The notes: generated from the sequence alone by a model not told the origin. Positions 39,960-51,240 are shown, numbered from the stretch's first letter. The stretch: 64,000 nt of DNA from Candidatus Poribacteria bacterium (GCA_965218095.1 OZ244587.1:4896001-4960000), one strand, 5' to 3'. Numbers and translations: made by a program.

Positions 39960-40839
39960 TATGGTAGATCTTAGAATTAATGGTACATTTGAATAATATC
40001 GTGAAGTGTGGTTTCGGGGTGATATTCTCGGTATCGCTTGATATTGGCAAAATCGTGTTCAATCGGATTGTAATCTGGAGAATAAGGCGGTAGGAACATC
40101 AGACTCGCTCCTGAAGCCTCTATCAACTCTCGGGTCCGAGGTGTTTTGTGAAGCCGCGCATTATCAAGGATTACAACCTGTTTTGAAGTCAAACGTGGAC
40201 ATAACTGTTCAGCTAACCAGTCATTGAAATCTACCGCTTTGCAGCTCCCTTTGAACACCCGTGCCGCAATAAGTGTCGCTGTCCGGGTGCGTTGGCTTGA
40301 GATAAGTCCAAAGACTTTTTCCCCTTTGGGTGCATACCCATAACGTCTATAACTTTCGTCTCGAAACCCACTCTCATCGACATAAACAAAAGACTTACCA
40401 GAGGCTTTCACTTGTGCGAGTTGCTGAAGATACGCTTGTCGTTTTTCAGCGCATTGCTCCTTATATCCGAGACTTTTTTTCGGGTGCAACCGATATTTTT
40501 CAGCCCATACCCGATACAAGACTTTGACACACCAAAATGAGCTGCGCGCTCGGCGTAGGTCTGGTCTGGAAAATCAGCGACATGTTTTCTCAGCGCATCG
40601 GGGTCAAGGGTTCGCGGGCGACGGGGCCCTGGTTTTTGACGTTTGAGCGGGTCAGGCGCATTCAACCACTTATACAGTGTTGAGCGGGCGACGGAAAAAC
40701 GGCGGCTCGCTTCGGTCTTACCACCGCCAGCTGCGATAAAATCTAAGACGCGTTTGCGTAAATCTAAAGAATAGGCCATAATAACTATAGGATACCAGCA
40801 ATATAAGAAAATGTCTACTTATTTATAGGGTTCGCCATA
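39960..40839 (-). mobile_element. IS630-family element with two ORFs joined by a -1 frameshift
   Basis: HTH ORF 40408-40779 and DDE ORF 39977-40519 (DESG, DNA, PPYSPDYNPIE). A7G slippery site at 40473-40480. Imperfect IRs with TA ends. Confidence 0.9.
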
Positions 40840-41936
40840 GTTTTGGGTCAGTGCTGACGACTCCGGGTCCTGAGTGGGGCACGATTCCCTTGATCGTCGA
40901 ATGCTATCAGCACCCAGAATACGAGGGGCGTAAAGTCACGGTCTTGCGTGATATTGCTCACACCGGAGAACTCGGTATTGAGGATGCGATCTCCTCTGTC
41001 CGCATCTTCAAGGGGCCAGACTTCCCATGCGAGGGCGCGGAAGTGATCTTCTTTGAGCATGTTGACTTCGAGGGTGCACGGCTGCCGATCCGGATGGAGC
41101 CAATGGATTACAAGAAGGAGGCACCCAATCTTCATCTGCTGCCTCAGAGCTTTGGAGATATTATTTCTTCGATAAAGATCGAGGGTTGGTCCTCCTCCAG
41201 CGAATTCACGGAACTCGTTTTTGAGGATGAATTTATCGGCAACGAGATGCGTCCTGAATGGGAGTGGGAAGATCCAAGAGGTGGAGGCGGCTGGTCAGAG
41301 CGGCAAGGTTACATGGAGATGAATGTTGAGCCGGGACAGGATCTCTGGCACGGCAACCCGCCAGGGCGAGGGGGCAATATGGATGCGCCACGCCTGCTGA
41401 TGGAGGTGGATGGCGATTTTGCCATCGAGTGCCGCATTCGTGTATCGTCACAGTTGAGAGAACATGGCGGTCTCATCGTCTGGAAGGGACCTCACGCTTT
41501 TGTCAGATTAGAAAAAACCTCTGGTCCTCACAGTTTCAGAGGCGATGTCCGATTTGAACGGCATGTCAACCGCGTTTACTCCCTCGTCGGTCGCGGTGCT
41601 GGATTGGTGAGGGTGAGGGAACTCTACTTGCGGCTTGAGCGCCGAGGCAATCTATTTTCAGGGTACGCCAGTTCTGATAGTGTCAGATGGTTAAGTTGTG
41701 GGCAAACAGTTATTGGCATGGGCGATCCGGTGAAGGTTGGGTTTCATGCGCTCTGTCCGGGAAATATTCCGCCGACGCAAACGCGATTTGAGTATTTTCG
41801 TCTCTTCAAGCGAAGGAGCGAAGCCGCTCAATACTCCCCAAGGATCGCGGAGGTTTCACAACAACGCCCTGATGGCGAAGAATATCAGCAGGAATTAGTG
41901 GACGAGCGTCGGCGTGCAATGCGTGATGTGTTCTAA
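40839..41936 (+). pseudogene. 3' part of beta/gamma-crystallin gene A, with a C-terminal ConA/DUF1349-like domain
   Basis: Greek-key motifs YQHPEYEG...DAISSVRI and FEHVDFEG...DIISSIKI, then DLW...APRLL..VDGDF. Confidence 0.85.
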
Positions 41937-42094
41937 AACGTGATGCGTGACGAGTGATAAATGATGAGTAACGAAGAATGAGTTGCCTTTTACTCATCAC
42001 GAAATACGTATTACTCATCACGAAATACGTAACAGTACAGTTCACGGGTGTGCAGGATCGATAGTATCTTTCAATACACATAGGAGCTCTTCCA

Positions 42095-43506
42095 ATGGCA
42101 CTGGCGCCGAGATTAGTGGTTGAAGTTTTTGAGCACATTCATTATCAAGGTCGCAGAGCAACAATTATCGATTCCGTTGCAACTACGTCGGATATTGGTG
42201 TGCATGACATCATCTCTTCGGTTAAGGTTTATAAGGGTCCCGGTTTTAACGCTTCCCCTAATTACAAGGCGATCTTCTATGAGGATGTCAACTATCAGGG
42301 ACGAAAGTTGGTGCTGCCGCCGGGATACTATCCGAGTATTCATGAGATTCCTTACAACTTCGGCGATGTGATTTCTTCCGTTGGCTTTAGCCCCGCGGCT
42401 CAAACAACGCCCCCGGATTACGGCGCAATTCCGATCGTTATCGAAGCCTTTCGCGATCTTGACTTTCAAGGTCAAAAGAGCGTTATCATGTGTGATATCA
42501 GCGACCTCAAAGAGATTGGCATGGACAATGTGATTTCGTCCCTGCGGATTCAACGCGGTCCCAATTTCCCTTTCAGTGGCTGTCAGGCGATTTTCTATGC
42601 ACAGCCAAATTTTGAAGGCAGGCGGATGAACATCCCGTTGGGTTCACGGGAATTTCAAGTGACAATACGGAGTCTTCACACACTACCTCAGTCTTTTTCA
42701 GATGTGATTTCGTCTATCAAAATTGTGCCAGTTGGGGTTTTTCGCGTCCTAATCGTCGTCGGTGACAATCTGACCACCGAGCCAGCGATTTTAGAATCGC
42801 TCCCTGAGATCGAGGGAAACAAATTTCAGTATACGACAGTTCATATTAATCCCAATCCGGATAATCGAGGCGATCCGAACAACGCCGTTAAGCTCTCCAG
42901 CATCACGCTTTCTGAATACGACATTATTTGGTTTACATAGAATGCGCCAGGCCACGATCGGGAGTATTTGTTAGAAGATGCGGAGATAGCAATCAGAGAT
43001 TTTGTGAGAAAAGGCGGGGTTGTCTGGGCATCCGCCATGGATGATAATATTATCCCTCCCGATGGCGTACACAGCACCGAACCGATGTGGCGTGGGGGTT
43101 GGCTCCCCGTGGACCGTCACCCCATTCGTGTTGTGAACTCAAGCGATATCAATGTCAGGATCACGCCCGAAGGACAAAAGACCGGTGTGTTCACCTGGCC
43201 CCATCAGGTCGATGTTGACGCATTGGTCACCGATGATCATTGGGTCACCGATGATCCGGCATATACCCGATTAGCCGTGCGCAGTGATAACGAAGATGCT
43301 GTTGGCGTCCAGTTGCGATGGATGGATATTATGTGACTTTTGCTGTGGATACCCGTGATGCACGACGCGCATCTCTCGCAAAAACGCTCATCGAAAATGT
43401 CCTTTGTTATCTTGCAAGCCTTGCGTGGCAGACCTCGCCTCGCCAACCCCTCAAAGGGCGCTATCGAACCCATTCCAATGCCGAGCGGCATATGCAGAAT
43501 GTGTGA
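42095..43506 (+). pseudogene. Beta/gamma-crystallin gene B (four Greek keys) plus alpha/beta C-terminal domain, with TAG at 42938 and a frameshift near 43320
   Basis: Four FE/Y..NY.G...DxISS motifs. The frame continues FT*NAPGHD into ORF 42968-43336, then shifts into ORF 43318-43506. Confidence 0.85.
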
Positions 43507-43606
43507 AACGTGATGCGTGAAACATGAAACATAAAAGAAGGAATAATTCCCGAATTTCCTGTTTTCTCGTTCCGCTCTTGAACCGTTCATACTTTAGGAG
43601 AAGCCG

Positions 43607-45650
43607 ATGCGTTTAATCCTTGTAATCGGAATTGTTATTTTAGTCTTGGGATTAGTTGTAATGCTAGTCATCCCGGAATTAACCTCCTCTGTGGAAGGGG
43701 TCCTGCGATGGGTAGTAATTACAAATGTCTTTATTCTCTCTGGTGTTATCGCCTTCATTGCTGTCGTTTTCCGCTACAGAAAACCGAGAGCAGACGTAGC
43801 GCTCGTCCGAACCGGTGGTTGAGGTGAGAAAATCTCAATCACAGGTGGGTTGTGGATTAACACAATTATCCACGAAATCAAGGAAATTTCTCTCAATACC
43901 ATGCGAATTGAGGTCGTGCGGGAATCTCAAGAGGCATTGATTACCCTCGACTTAAACCGGGGAGACATCGAAGCAGTGTTCTATCTCAAAGTGGATCCAG
44001 TAGAGGAAGGTGTATTAAGAGCCGCTCAAGCACTTGGAGATAAGTCGATGACTCCTGAGACTGTGCGTGAATTGATTGAGCCCAAGCTAGAAGGCGCATT
44101 GAGGAGCGTCGCGGCAGAAACCGAAATCCAGGATTTGTTACAGAAACGACAGGAGTTTGCCGATAAAGTTCATGCAGCGTGCGGCGTAGACCTGAAAGAA
44201 CAAAACGGACTAACACTTGAAACGGTCTCGATCATCCGTGTGGATCAAACCCCCGTTCAAACGCTCGACCCAGAGAACCGTTTTGATGCAGTGGGTATAC
44301 GCTCAATCACGGAAATTACGGCAGACTAGGCCCGTGAGAAAGAACGGATTGTCTAGGACAAAGAGGTTGCGATTGTTCAGATTGATGTTGATGCCAGAAT
44401 TCAAAGACTGGCAGCGGAACAGGAACAGGCTTGGGCGGAATCCGATCAACAGAAGAATATCGCAATCTACGCGGCGGAAAGAGAGGCAGATACACTTAAA
44501 TTCCAGTTCGAGATGGAGCGGGGGGTGCAAGAGCGGGAATATGAGACAAAGCAGGAGGTCGAAAAAGCGCGGATTACTCAGGAGCAGACGGTTCAGGAAC
44601 GCGAAATTGAGATGGATAGGGAGGTCCAGCTTGCAAAGGTACAACAGGATCAGGTTGTTGCTGAACGTGAAATCGAGATGAACCTCATCGTTGAAACGCA
44701 GCAGATCGATCAGTCCAAAGCTGTACAACTCACAGAGATTGAGCGAACCTTAACCGTTGAGATGCAAAGGATTGAGCAGGAATCAGGTTGTTGAAATCCG
44801 GGAGATCGAGAAAACCCTTACAATTGAGAGAGCCAAAATCGCCCAAGAGCAAGCCATCTCGCTCCGTGATATTGAGCGAACGTTGGAAGTGGAAACGACT
44901 CGATTCGCCCAGGAGCAAGCGGTACAACAGCGGGAGATTGAAAAGAACCTAGTGGTTGAGACCGCCCAAATCGATCAGAACCGTCAAGTCGAGGTTACCG
45001 AAATCGACAAAATGCTGACTGTGGAGCAGACGCGTATCAATCAAGAGTTAGTCGTCATGCTCAAGGATGAAGATCGGAAGATCGATATCGCGAATAAACA
45101 ACAGGTCACCGCGGCGGCGGAGAAAGAGCAGTTACTGGCGGAAGCGGAACGGATGGGGGCGGAAGTCAATGTCACTGCAACGCAGCGCACAAGGGAGGCG
45201 GAATGGCAGCGTGATGTGGCAATAATCGGCGCGGAGGCGCAGGCGCAACCGATTGAACGTCTGGCAGATGCTATTCTCGCAGAGGCAAGGGCGAAGGCGC
45301 AAGGCGAAATGGCAGAATATGAAGCGCGAAATGTCGCTGAACAGCGTGTCCTCGTTCAGGAAGCCATTCTTGATCTCATCGAAACCTCTCCAGAGCTTGT
45401 GGAAAAACTGATGAAACCTGTCGAGAAGATCGATAGCATTAAGATTCTCAATATGGGAGGCAACGAGAACCATGTCGGCGGCGTCAATCGCAGCAATATG
45501 GGACGCCTCGCAAATACCTTGCTTGATACGGGTGCAATCTCGCCGATGCTGAAAGAGCTGTTCAACTTTGCCGATGTCGATGCCCAGCAAATTGCGGACA
45601 AAGTTGCTGAGTACCTTGCAGATTTGGTGAATCGCCCTAATAATACTTAG
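43607..45650 (+). pseudogene. Flotillin/SPFH protein with long repetitive coiled coil (disrupted)
   Basis: Two TMs, ALVRTG, LEGALRSVAA, NRFDAVG, KPVEKIDSIKI. TGA at 43820, TAG at 44327 and 44354, and a 1-bp insertion near 44780. Confidence 0.88.
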
Positions 45651-45667
45651 GAGGAGGAGCGCATTAG

Positions 45668-46991
45668 ATGCTCAGGTCTGATTCATTTACCCCGAAACGG
45701 AGACGAGCAAGGAAAAGCCGCTGTCGGACGTGCCGATCGGATAACGGGAAGCGGGTGTGTCCTGCGTTGAATGGCCTCTTAATCTGTCCAGACTGTTGCC
45801 GTGAGAAGCGGGGGAAGATTCCGGGGTGTGACCAACACTGCTGCTACTACAGCCCACTGATTCGCGCAAGCAAAATCCACTCGCCTCCTGATTTCCCGGC
45901 CCACCAGTGTTTGGTCAGCAAGTCCAATGATACCGGCATGCTCACGGTCATTGTCGCTCGTGAGCGACTTGATGGCAATCTCAGAGCGATGTTCCTCCTC
46001 CTTGATCTGTGGAAAAAGGGAATACGAGACTGTTTTGTTGACGCGAATCTGTCGAAGGAAGACCTTAAGCGACAATGTGAGAAACTAGGGAAATCTTATC
46101 ATCTCGCCGAACAACCTCCCACCGATGGAAATGAAGAAGAGATAAGTGCTGTCGATTTGCCCAAAAATACGATTGTCCTTGAGGCGGAATCCGCCGACCA
46201 AATAGATGAGGGCGTAACACCAAATAGATGAGGGCGTAACAATTGTCAAGATGGACGGCGCATCGGGTGGAAAAGCCATTGACAGCGCAAGAGGCGCCCG
46301 GGCGACGCATGAAGTTAACATTCCCAAAACCGGCAAGTGGTATGTATGGATTCGTGGGTTTTTCCCTTCCGTAGACAAGAACTCGTATTGGATCGGGATG
46401 CACAACGCAGCGCCGAATCCCCATGACCCCGCCGGAGGTGAAGGTGCCGTCAGGATATACTCAGAATACGGTGATTCCGTCAACGTGACTGAGGAACGGC
46501 CCTTCAACATCTGGCATTGGGATTCTGGGGTGAAGAACGAACCACCGCCGAACCGCTTTTTTGAGGTCAAAGCGGTGGGGACGTATAAGTTGTGGTCAAA
46601 AGGGCGGGAACCCGGATCTATATTGGATCAGATCTTGCTGACAATGGATGAGGACTTCAACGCGGAAGTGGCATCCAAAGGGAAAGCGATTCCCGTTACC
46701 ACACGGGAATCTCCATTTGAGCGAATGCCATTCGCTGAATGCCAAAAACTCATCCGCCATGCTCTGGATATCGCAACGGAAGTGAACACGGAAATTCCCT
46801 GGGAATTCCATTACTGGGGCGACACTTTGGGCGATCTCTCTAAAGTCCCCACGGAAGGTTCACTTTACAAATGTCCAAAGTGCGGTGAAGATTTGCCGCA
46901 ATCTGCTGTTGATCTCATCAAGCAACACGCCCAATCCGATGACATCCAATTTTATATCGTCTGCCGGAAGTGTGGCGGAGTGTTTGATTAG
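45668..46991 (+). pseudogene. Cys-rich Zn-binding protein with inserted carbohydrate-binding-like module, frameshifted by a 22-bp tandem duplication
   Basis: CCAAATAGATGAGGGCGTAACA occurs at 46198-46219 and 46220-46241. Removing one copy joins ORFs 45668 and 46251 in frame. Confidence 0.85.
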
Positions 46992-47180
46992 TGGTTTACG
47001 GCAGCAGTATTTGGTTAAATTAGACCCCGATTGAAGATCAGGATCTGGGTCTTGGTAACCGCCCGAGCAATTATGCTTCAAAGCACTGGTCGCAATCCCC
47101 CTCTGAATCGCACCAACTCCGTTCTGGATCTCATCTTATTTGCCGCCATTCAAGCGTCGCCGAAGACTCACTGTTTTTTG

Positions 47181-47209
47181 TTGCAAATGATCCGAATCTG
47201 ATATATAAT
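47181..47209 (+). promoter_or_regulatory. nuo operon promoter
   Basis: TTGCAA-17 nt-TATAAT. Confidence 0.6.
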
Positions 47210-47299
47210 AGATACGCTCTGGGTAGCAGCAGATTTGTATAAAATAGTATTGTTCTGTCGATTGCGCAGTTTCAGGCAATTCTTTTTTTAGCCTCTAGT

Positions 47300-47317
47300 T
47301 TGTGATAAATTTCACAA
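47300..47317. promoter_or_regulatory. Rex-type operator upstream of nuoA
   Basis: TTGTGATAAATTTCACAA matches the 18-bp TTGTGAW-N4-TTCACAA consensus. Confidence 0.75.
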
Positions 47318-47342
47318 ACTCCCCTGAAAGGTTACGGAATAA

Positions 47343-47735
47343 ATGCTTTTTAATTTCGCGAATGTGCTCATCTTTTTGGTTGTTGGTTGCTTATTTGTAA
47401 CACTTAACCTCACTGTTTCTCGCTTGCTCCAAACTAGGCTGTTTATGGATGAAAAATATATACCTTATGAGTGCGGTGAGGATCCAATTGGTGATACTCG
47501 TATCAAGTTTAATGCGCGTTTCTACGTCATTGCGCTAATTTTCTTGATTTTTGATGTTGAGATTGTGTTTCTGTTTCCGTGGGGCGTTGTTTTCCGTGAT
47601 ATTGGTATTCTTGCATTCGTCGAGATGTTGATTTTCATCTTTATTCTACTGGTCGGCCTTGCCTACGTTTGGGCGAAAGGGGACCTCGAATGGATCCGCT
47701 TGATTCAGTCAGTAAGGGAGGAAAGTAACCAATGA
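47343..47735 (+). CDS. nuoA: NADH-quinone oxidoreductase subunit A
   Basis: PYECG, FDVE..FLFPW, KGDLEW. Confidence 0.96.
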   Translation: MLFNFANVLIFLVVGCLFVTLNLTVSRLLQTRLFMDEKYIPYECGEDPIGDTRIKFNARFYVIALIFLIFDVEIVFLFPWGVVFRDIGILAFVEMLIFIFILLVGLAYVWAKGDLEWIRLIQSVREESNQ

Positions 47736-48346
47736 TAATCGAAGAGAAACTGGATAAGAACATTATTGTGACCTCCATTGATGCCGTTGCCAACTGGGCA
47801 CGCGCGTCTTCTTTGTGGCCTATGACCTTTGGTCTCGCCTGTTGCGCGATCGAGTTTATGGCGACTGCCGCTGCTAATTATGATCTGGATCGCTTTGGCG
47901 CCGGTGTTCCTCGTGCGACTCCCCGTCAATCCGACCTGATTATCGTTTCGGGAACGGTCACGTTGAAAATGGCAACCCGGATTAAACGCCTCTATGAACA
48001 GATGCCTGAACCAAAATATGTCATTTCTATGGGAAGCTGCGCTACGAGTGGAGGTCCCTACTGGCAGCACGGCTATCATGTCCTGAAGGGTGTAGATCGA
48101 ATTATCCCTGTTGATGTCTATGTTCCAGGTTGCCCCCCGAGACCGGAAGCTGTACTTGAAGGTTTGATGAAGTTGCAAGAAAAGATTAAAACACAGACGG
48201 TAGCGAAACGGGCCAATATGCCTTTCTTAAAGAAACTTTTCACCAAAACGGACCTGGAGAATAATGAACAAGCAATGGCTGCAGCACAGGCTGAAGCGCA
48301 GGCACATCTCGCCGAACATGAAGAACAGGAAGAAGCCGCTGATTAA
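47732..48346 (+). CDS. nuoB: NADH-quinone oxidoreductase subunit B
   Basis: [22 protein letters not shown]. Confidence 0.97.
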   Translation: MIIEEKLDKNIIVTSIDAVANWARASSLWPMTFGLACCAIEFMATAAANYDLDRFGAGVPRATPRQSDLIIVSGTVTLKMATRIKRLYEQMPEPKYVISMGSCATSGGPYWQHGYHVLKGVDRIIPVDVYVPGCPPRPEAVLEGLMKLQEKIKTQTVAKRANMPFLKKLFTKTDLENNEQAMAAAQAEAQAHLAEHEEQEEAAD

Positions 48347-48431
48347 ACTCACTAACCTTTCAAAGGTTCAATTTTAAGAAAGGAGAATTGCAACGTGATT
48401 GGCAACTTTCCAAAAGCGTTGCCTTTTTTCC

Positions 48432-48917
48432 GTGACACCACAAGAAGTTTACGAAAAACTAAAAGATAAATTTGGAGAATCAATCCTCTCCTTTGAAGAA
48501 GCCATCGCCGATCCGTTTATCGTCGTCTCACCCGAATCGATTGCTGATGTCGCAGAATACCTTGCCGAAAATGAAGCATTAGCTTTTGATTTCCTCATGT
48601 GTTTAAGCGGCGTAGATCTTGGCGCCAAAGATTCCAATTTTTACGTCGTGTATCACCTCTACTCAATGACCCACCGTCACAAACTGGTCCTTAAAGTCAT
48701 TCTTCCTAAAGAAGAAGAACCCCACGTTTCCACCGTTGAGCATATCTGGAAAACCGCCAACTGGCATGAGCGGGAGGCGTATGATCTGTATGGGATTGTC
48801 TTCGATGGGCACAGCGATCTGCGTCGCATCTTGCTTCCAGACGATTGGGAAGGATACCCGTTGCGTAAGGATTATAAGGAGCCGGAGTTCTATCGAGGGA
48901 TGCGAGTGCCGTATTGA
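48432..48917 (+). CDS. nuoC: NADH-quinone oxidoreductase subunit C (start uncertain)
   Basis: ANWHEREAYDLYGIVFDGH, LRRIL, PLRKDY. Confidence 0.96.
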   Translation: MTPQEVYEKLKDKFGESILSFEEAIADPFIVVSPESIADVAEYLAENEALAFDFLMCLSGVDLGAKDSNFYVVYHLYSMTHRHKLVLKVILPKEEEPHVSTVEHIWKTANWHEREAYDLYGIVFDGHSDLRRILLPDDWEGYPLRKDYKEPEFYRGMRVPY

Positions 48918-48943
48918 TGTACGTTGGGAGGGAGCAAAAAACG

Positions 48944-49183
48944 ATGGCGCTGTCAGAGCAGTATCAACAACAGATTATCAATAGACTTAAACAATTGCCA
49001 GAGGAAAAATTAGCCGAGGTTGTCGATTTTGTGACATTCTTAAAGGACAAATATCAACCTTGCACAGAGAAAAAAATAGTCAAATTTGGCGGTCTATAGA
49101 AAGGGTTTGAACCTACGGATAAGGGAATTCAAGCGGCGCAGAAAGAAATGTGGCACCATCTTGATACAAAGGAAATACCATGA
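48944..49183 (+). pseudogene. DUF2281-like antitoxin-type small protein with in-frame TAG at 49097
   Basis: LPEEKLAEVVDFVTFL, then GGL*KG. The frame ends in an ATGA overlap with the next gene. Confidence 0.75.
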
Positions 49184-49545
49184 GTGAGCAAGTTACTATC
49201 CAGGTATCCGACCGGGTAATACATCATGCAACGCATACAGCAGCGCAGAATCAACGGCGAATTGAGGAAGTATTGTCAGACTGGTTAGAGGGCGTCATCA
49301 CTGAAATGCCGGTAGAAGCGATGCCAGATGAGGAAATATTAGCACTTGCGGAACTTCAACTTACGACGGAGCAGCAGACAACCTTGAGCGACTTGTTGGC
49401 GCAGAACCGGGAAGATACCCTCAATGACGAGAGACGCCGTCAACTAGATGAGTTGATGGGCGCCTACGAACGCGGTCTACTTCGCAAGGCGCAAGCGCTT
49501 CGGGTTGCTGTGCAACGAGGTTTACGCGAACCGCTACGGCCATGA
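49180..49545 (+). CDS. Small helical protein coupled to the HNH gene (antitoxin-like)
   Basis: Ribbon-helix-helix-like N-terminus and LRKAQAL..AVQRG tail. ATGA overlap with the HNH gene. Confidence 0.7.
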   Translation: MSEQVTIQVSDRVIHHATHTAAQNQRRIEEVLSDWLEGVITEMPVEAMPDEEILALAELQLTTEQQTTLSDLLAQNREDTLNDERRRQLDELMGAYERGLLRKAQALRVAVQRGLREPLRP

Positions 49546-49949
49546 GCTCAACTATTGTGTCTGCCACCATACGTCAGCGTGTGCGAGAGGCTGCATGTGA
49601 CCGTTGTGGTTACTGTCTCAGTTCACAACAGTATGTGATGGGGAAATTGGAAACCGAACACATTATTCCACTGGCTCGGGGCGGGAGCAATGATGAGTCA
49701 AACCTGTGGCTTTCTTGTAGTTTGTGCAACCGTTATAAGGGGGCTCAGATTGCGGGAGGTGACCCATATAGCGGTGAAACGGTGGCGTTGTTCAATCCAC
49801 GTACTCAGGTCTGGAGCGAACATTTTCGCTGGAGTCGGGACGGAGCACATATCCTTGGCTTAACGCCCATTGGTCGGGCAACTGTTGAAGCGCTTCGACT
49901 CAATAACGATGTAGCGGTATTAGCCGGCTGGCATCCCCCCGAGGTGTAA
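49542..49949 (+). CDS. HNH endonuclease
   Basis: CGYC, EHIIP..GGSN..SNL..SCSLCN, LFNPR, GRATV. Confidence 0.9.
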   Translation: MSSTIVSATIRQRVREAACDRCGYCLSSQQYVMGKLETEHIIPLARGGSNDESNLWLSCSLCNRYKGAQIAGGDPYSGETVALFNPRTQVWSEHFRWSRDGAHILGLTPIGRATVEALRLNNDVAVLAGWHPPEV

Positions 49950-50080
49950 CGTGAAGTTTCCTTTCATTACGACCTCCGTTAATGTGGAAGAAGAAGAAAG
50001 CCAAAGATGCAATCATTTACTTGTTTCGTGAAGAAAGAGGGAACCTAGTCTATTTTGCTTGATAGTAAAGAGGAACTTGT

Positions 50081-50446
50081 ATGGAAGCAAATATAGTTAA
50101 TCTGCAAACTCTGTTTGAACAGCAGGTCTCATATCAAATTCCTCAATTCCAGAGACGCTACGAATGGAAAGAGAAGAGGCAATGGCAACCTCTCTGGGAA
50201 GATGTACGTAAGGCTGCAATGCGCTTTCGCAACAAGGAAGGGCACGATAAAATACGACCACACTTTATGGGAGCCATCGTCCTACAACTGCAACAAAGCA
50301 ATACTGGGGAGGTAACGAAAAGACTGGTAGTTGATGGACACAGCGATCTGCATTGCATCTTGCTTCCGGACGACTGGGAAGGGCACCCCATGCGTAAGGA
50401 TTATAAAGAGCCTGAGTTCTATCGAGGGATGCGAGTGCCGTATTAA
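50081..50446 (+). pseudogene. DUF262 (GmrSD-like) N-terminal fragment fused to the duplicate nuoC tail
   Basis: IPQFQRRYEW, HFMGAIV and LVVDG, then a switch to the nuoC tail HSDL...RVPY in place of DGQQR. Confidence 0.9.
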
Positions 50447-50456
50447 TGCGTGAGTA

Positions 50457-51240
50457 ATGATAGAAGACCAAATACGAATAACCCAAATACGACGGATTTG
50501 CGATGAGCACCGTATAACAACACTTGTGCATTTTACCCGGATCGAAAATCTATCTAGCATTCTGCAAAAAGGTGTATTGAGTCGCAGTATTCTGGAAACA
50601 AGCGGACAACAGTTTTTCTGGAATGATTCAGATCGGGCTGATGGACATCCAGAAGCAATTTGCTTAAGCATTAGTTTTCCAAACTATCGCATGTTCTATT
50701 CAATTAGATAAGGAGAAGGAGAATACTCAAGGGGTTAACGATTGGCAGTGGGTTGTTTTACTTCTTGATGCAAAAATGTTGTGGGAGTTGGACTGTGCAT
50801 TTTGTCAAGAAAATGCCTCATCTAACGCTGTTCGTTATATTCCATTGGGGGATAGAAAAAAACCTGATGCACTAAAAGGTATGGTAGAAGATTACCACGC
50901 TATTAAGCGTCAATCTTTACAAATACCCAGCGACTACCCAACGCATCCCCAAGCAGAAATTCTGGTATTTGACCAAATTCCTGCACGGTATATCAACGAA
51001 GTCCATTTTTTTACTAATACTGCTTTGGAGCAATGGTTGGCTAGCAGCCAAGCAGCTTTTTCTCGAACAGTTTCCGGTGAACCGCGCTATAGCTATCAAC
51101 GAGAATATTTCTATCCTAGATGTGATTACCTAAAATGGCAGTCTGCTGGTTCGGACAACAATGATATATCTGAGGTTGACGAGCATCAGGATTTTTGTGA
51201 GAATTCCGAGCCATGTATAGAGAAGGATATACCTTTTTAG
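50457..51240 (+). pseudogene. darT: DarT (DUF4433) DNA ADP-ribosyltransferase, frameshifted near 50705
   Basis: HFT..NL.SIL..G, RADG, CLSISFPNY.MF in one frame; W.V, ENASS and QAEILV (catalytic E) in the +1 frame. Confidence 0.82.

Larger units (their letters stand above)
48804..50446 (+). repeat. 114-bp imperfect direct repeat of the nuoC 3' end (48804-48917 and 50333-50446)
   Basis: Ungapped alignment with 12 mismatches in 114 nt, counted by hand. Confidence 0.95.

Noticed and set aside
41935-42031. Possible CRISPR array.
   Set aside because: The units are 7 or 21 bp with no unique spacers, and no cas genes are in the window.
43820-43822. In-frame TGA in flotillin as selenocysteine.
   Set aside because: No Cys motif context or clear SECIS. 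CGA-to-TGA is more likely in a gene with other lesions.
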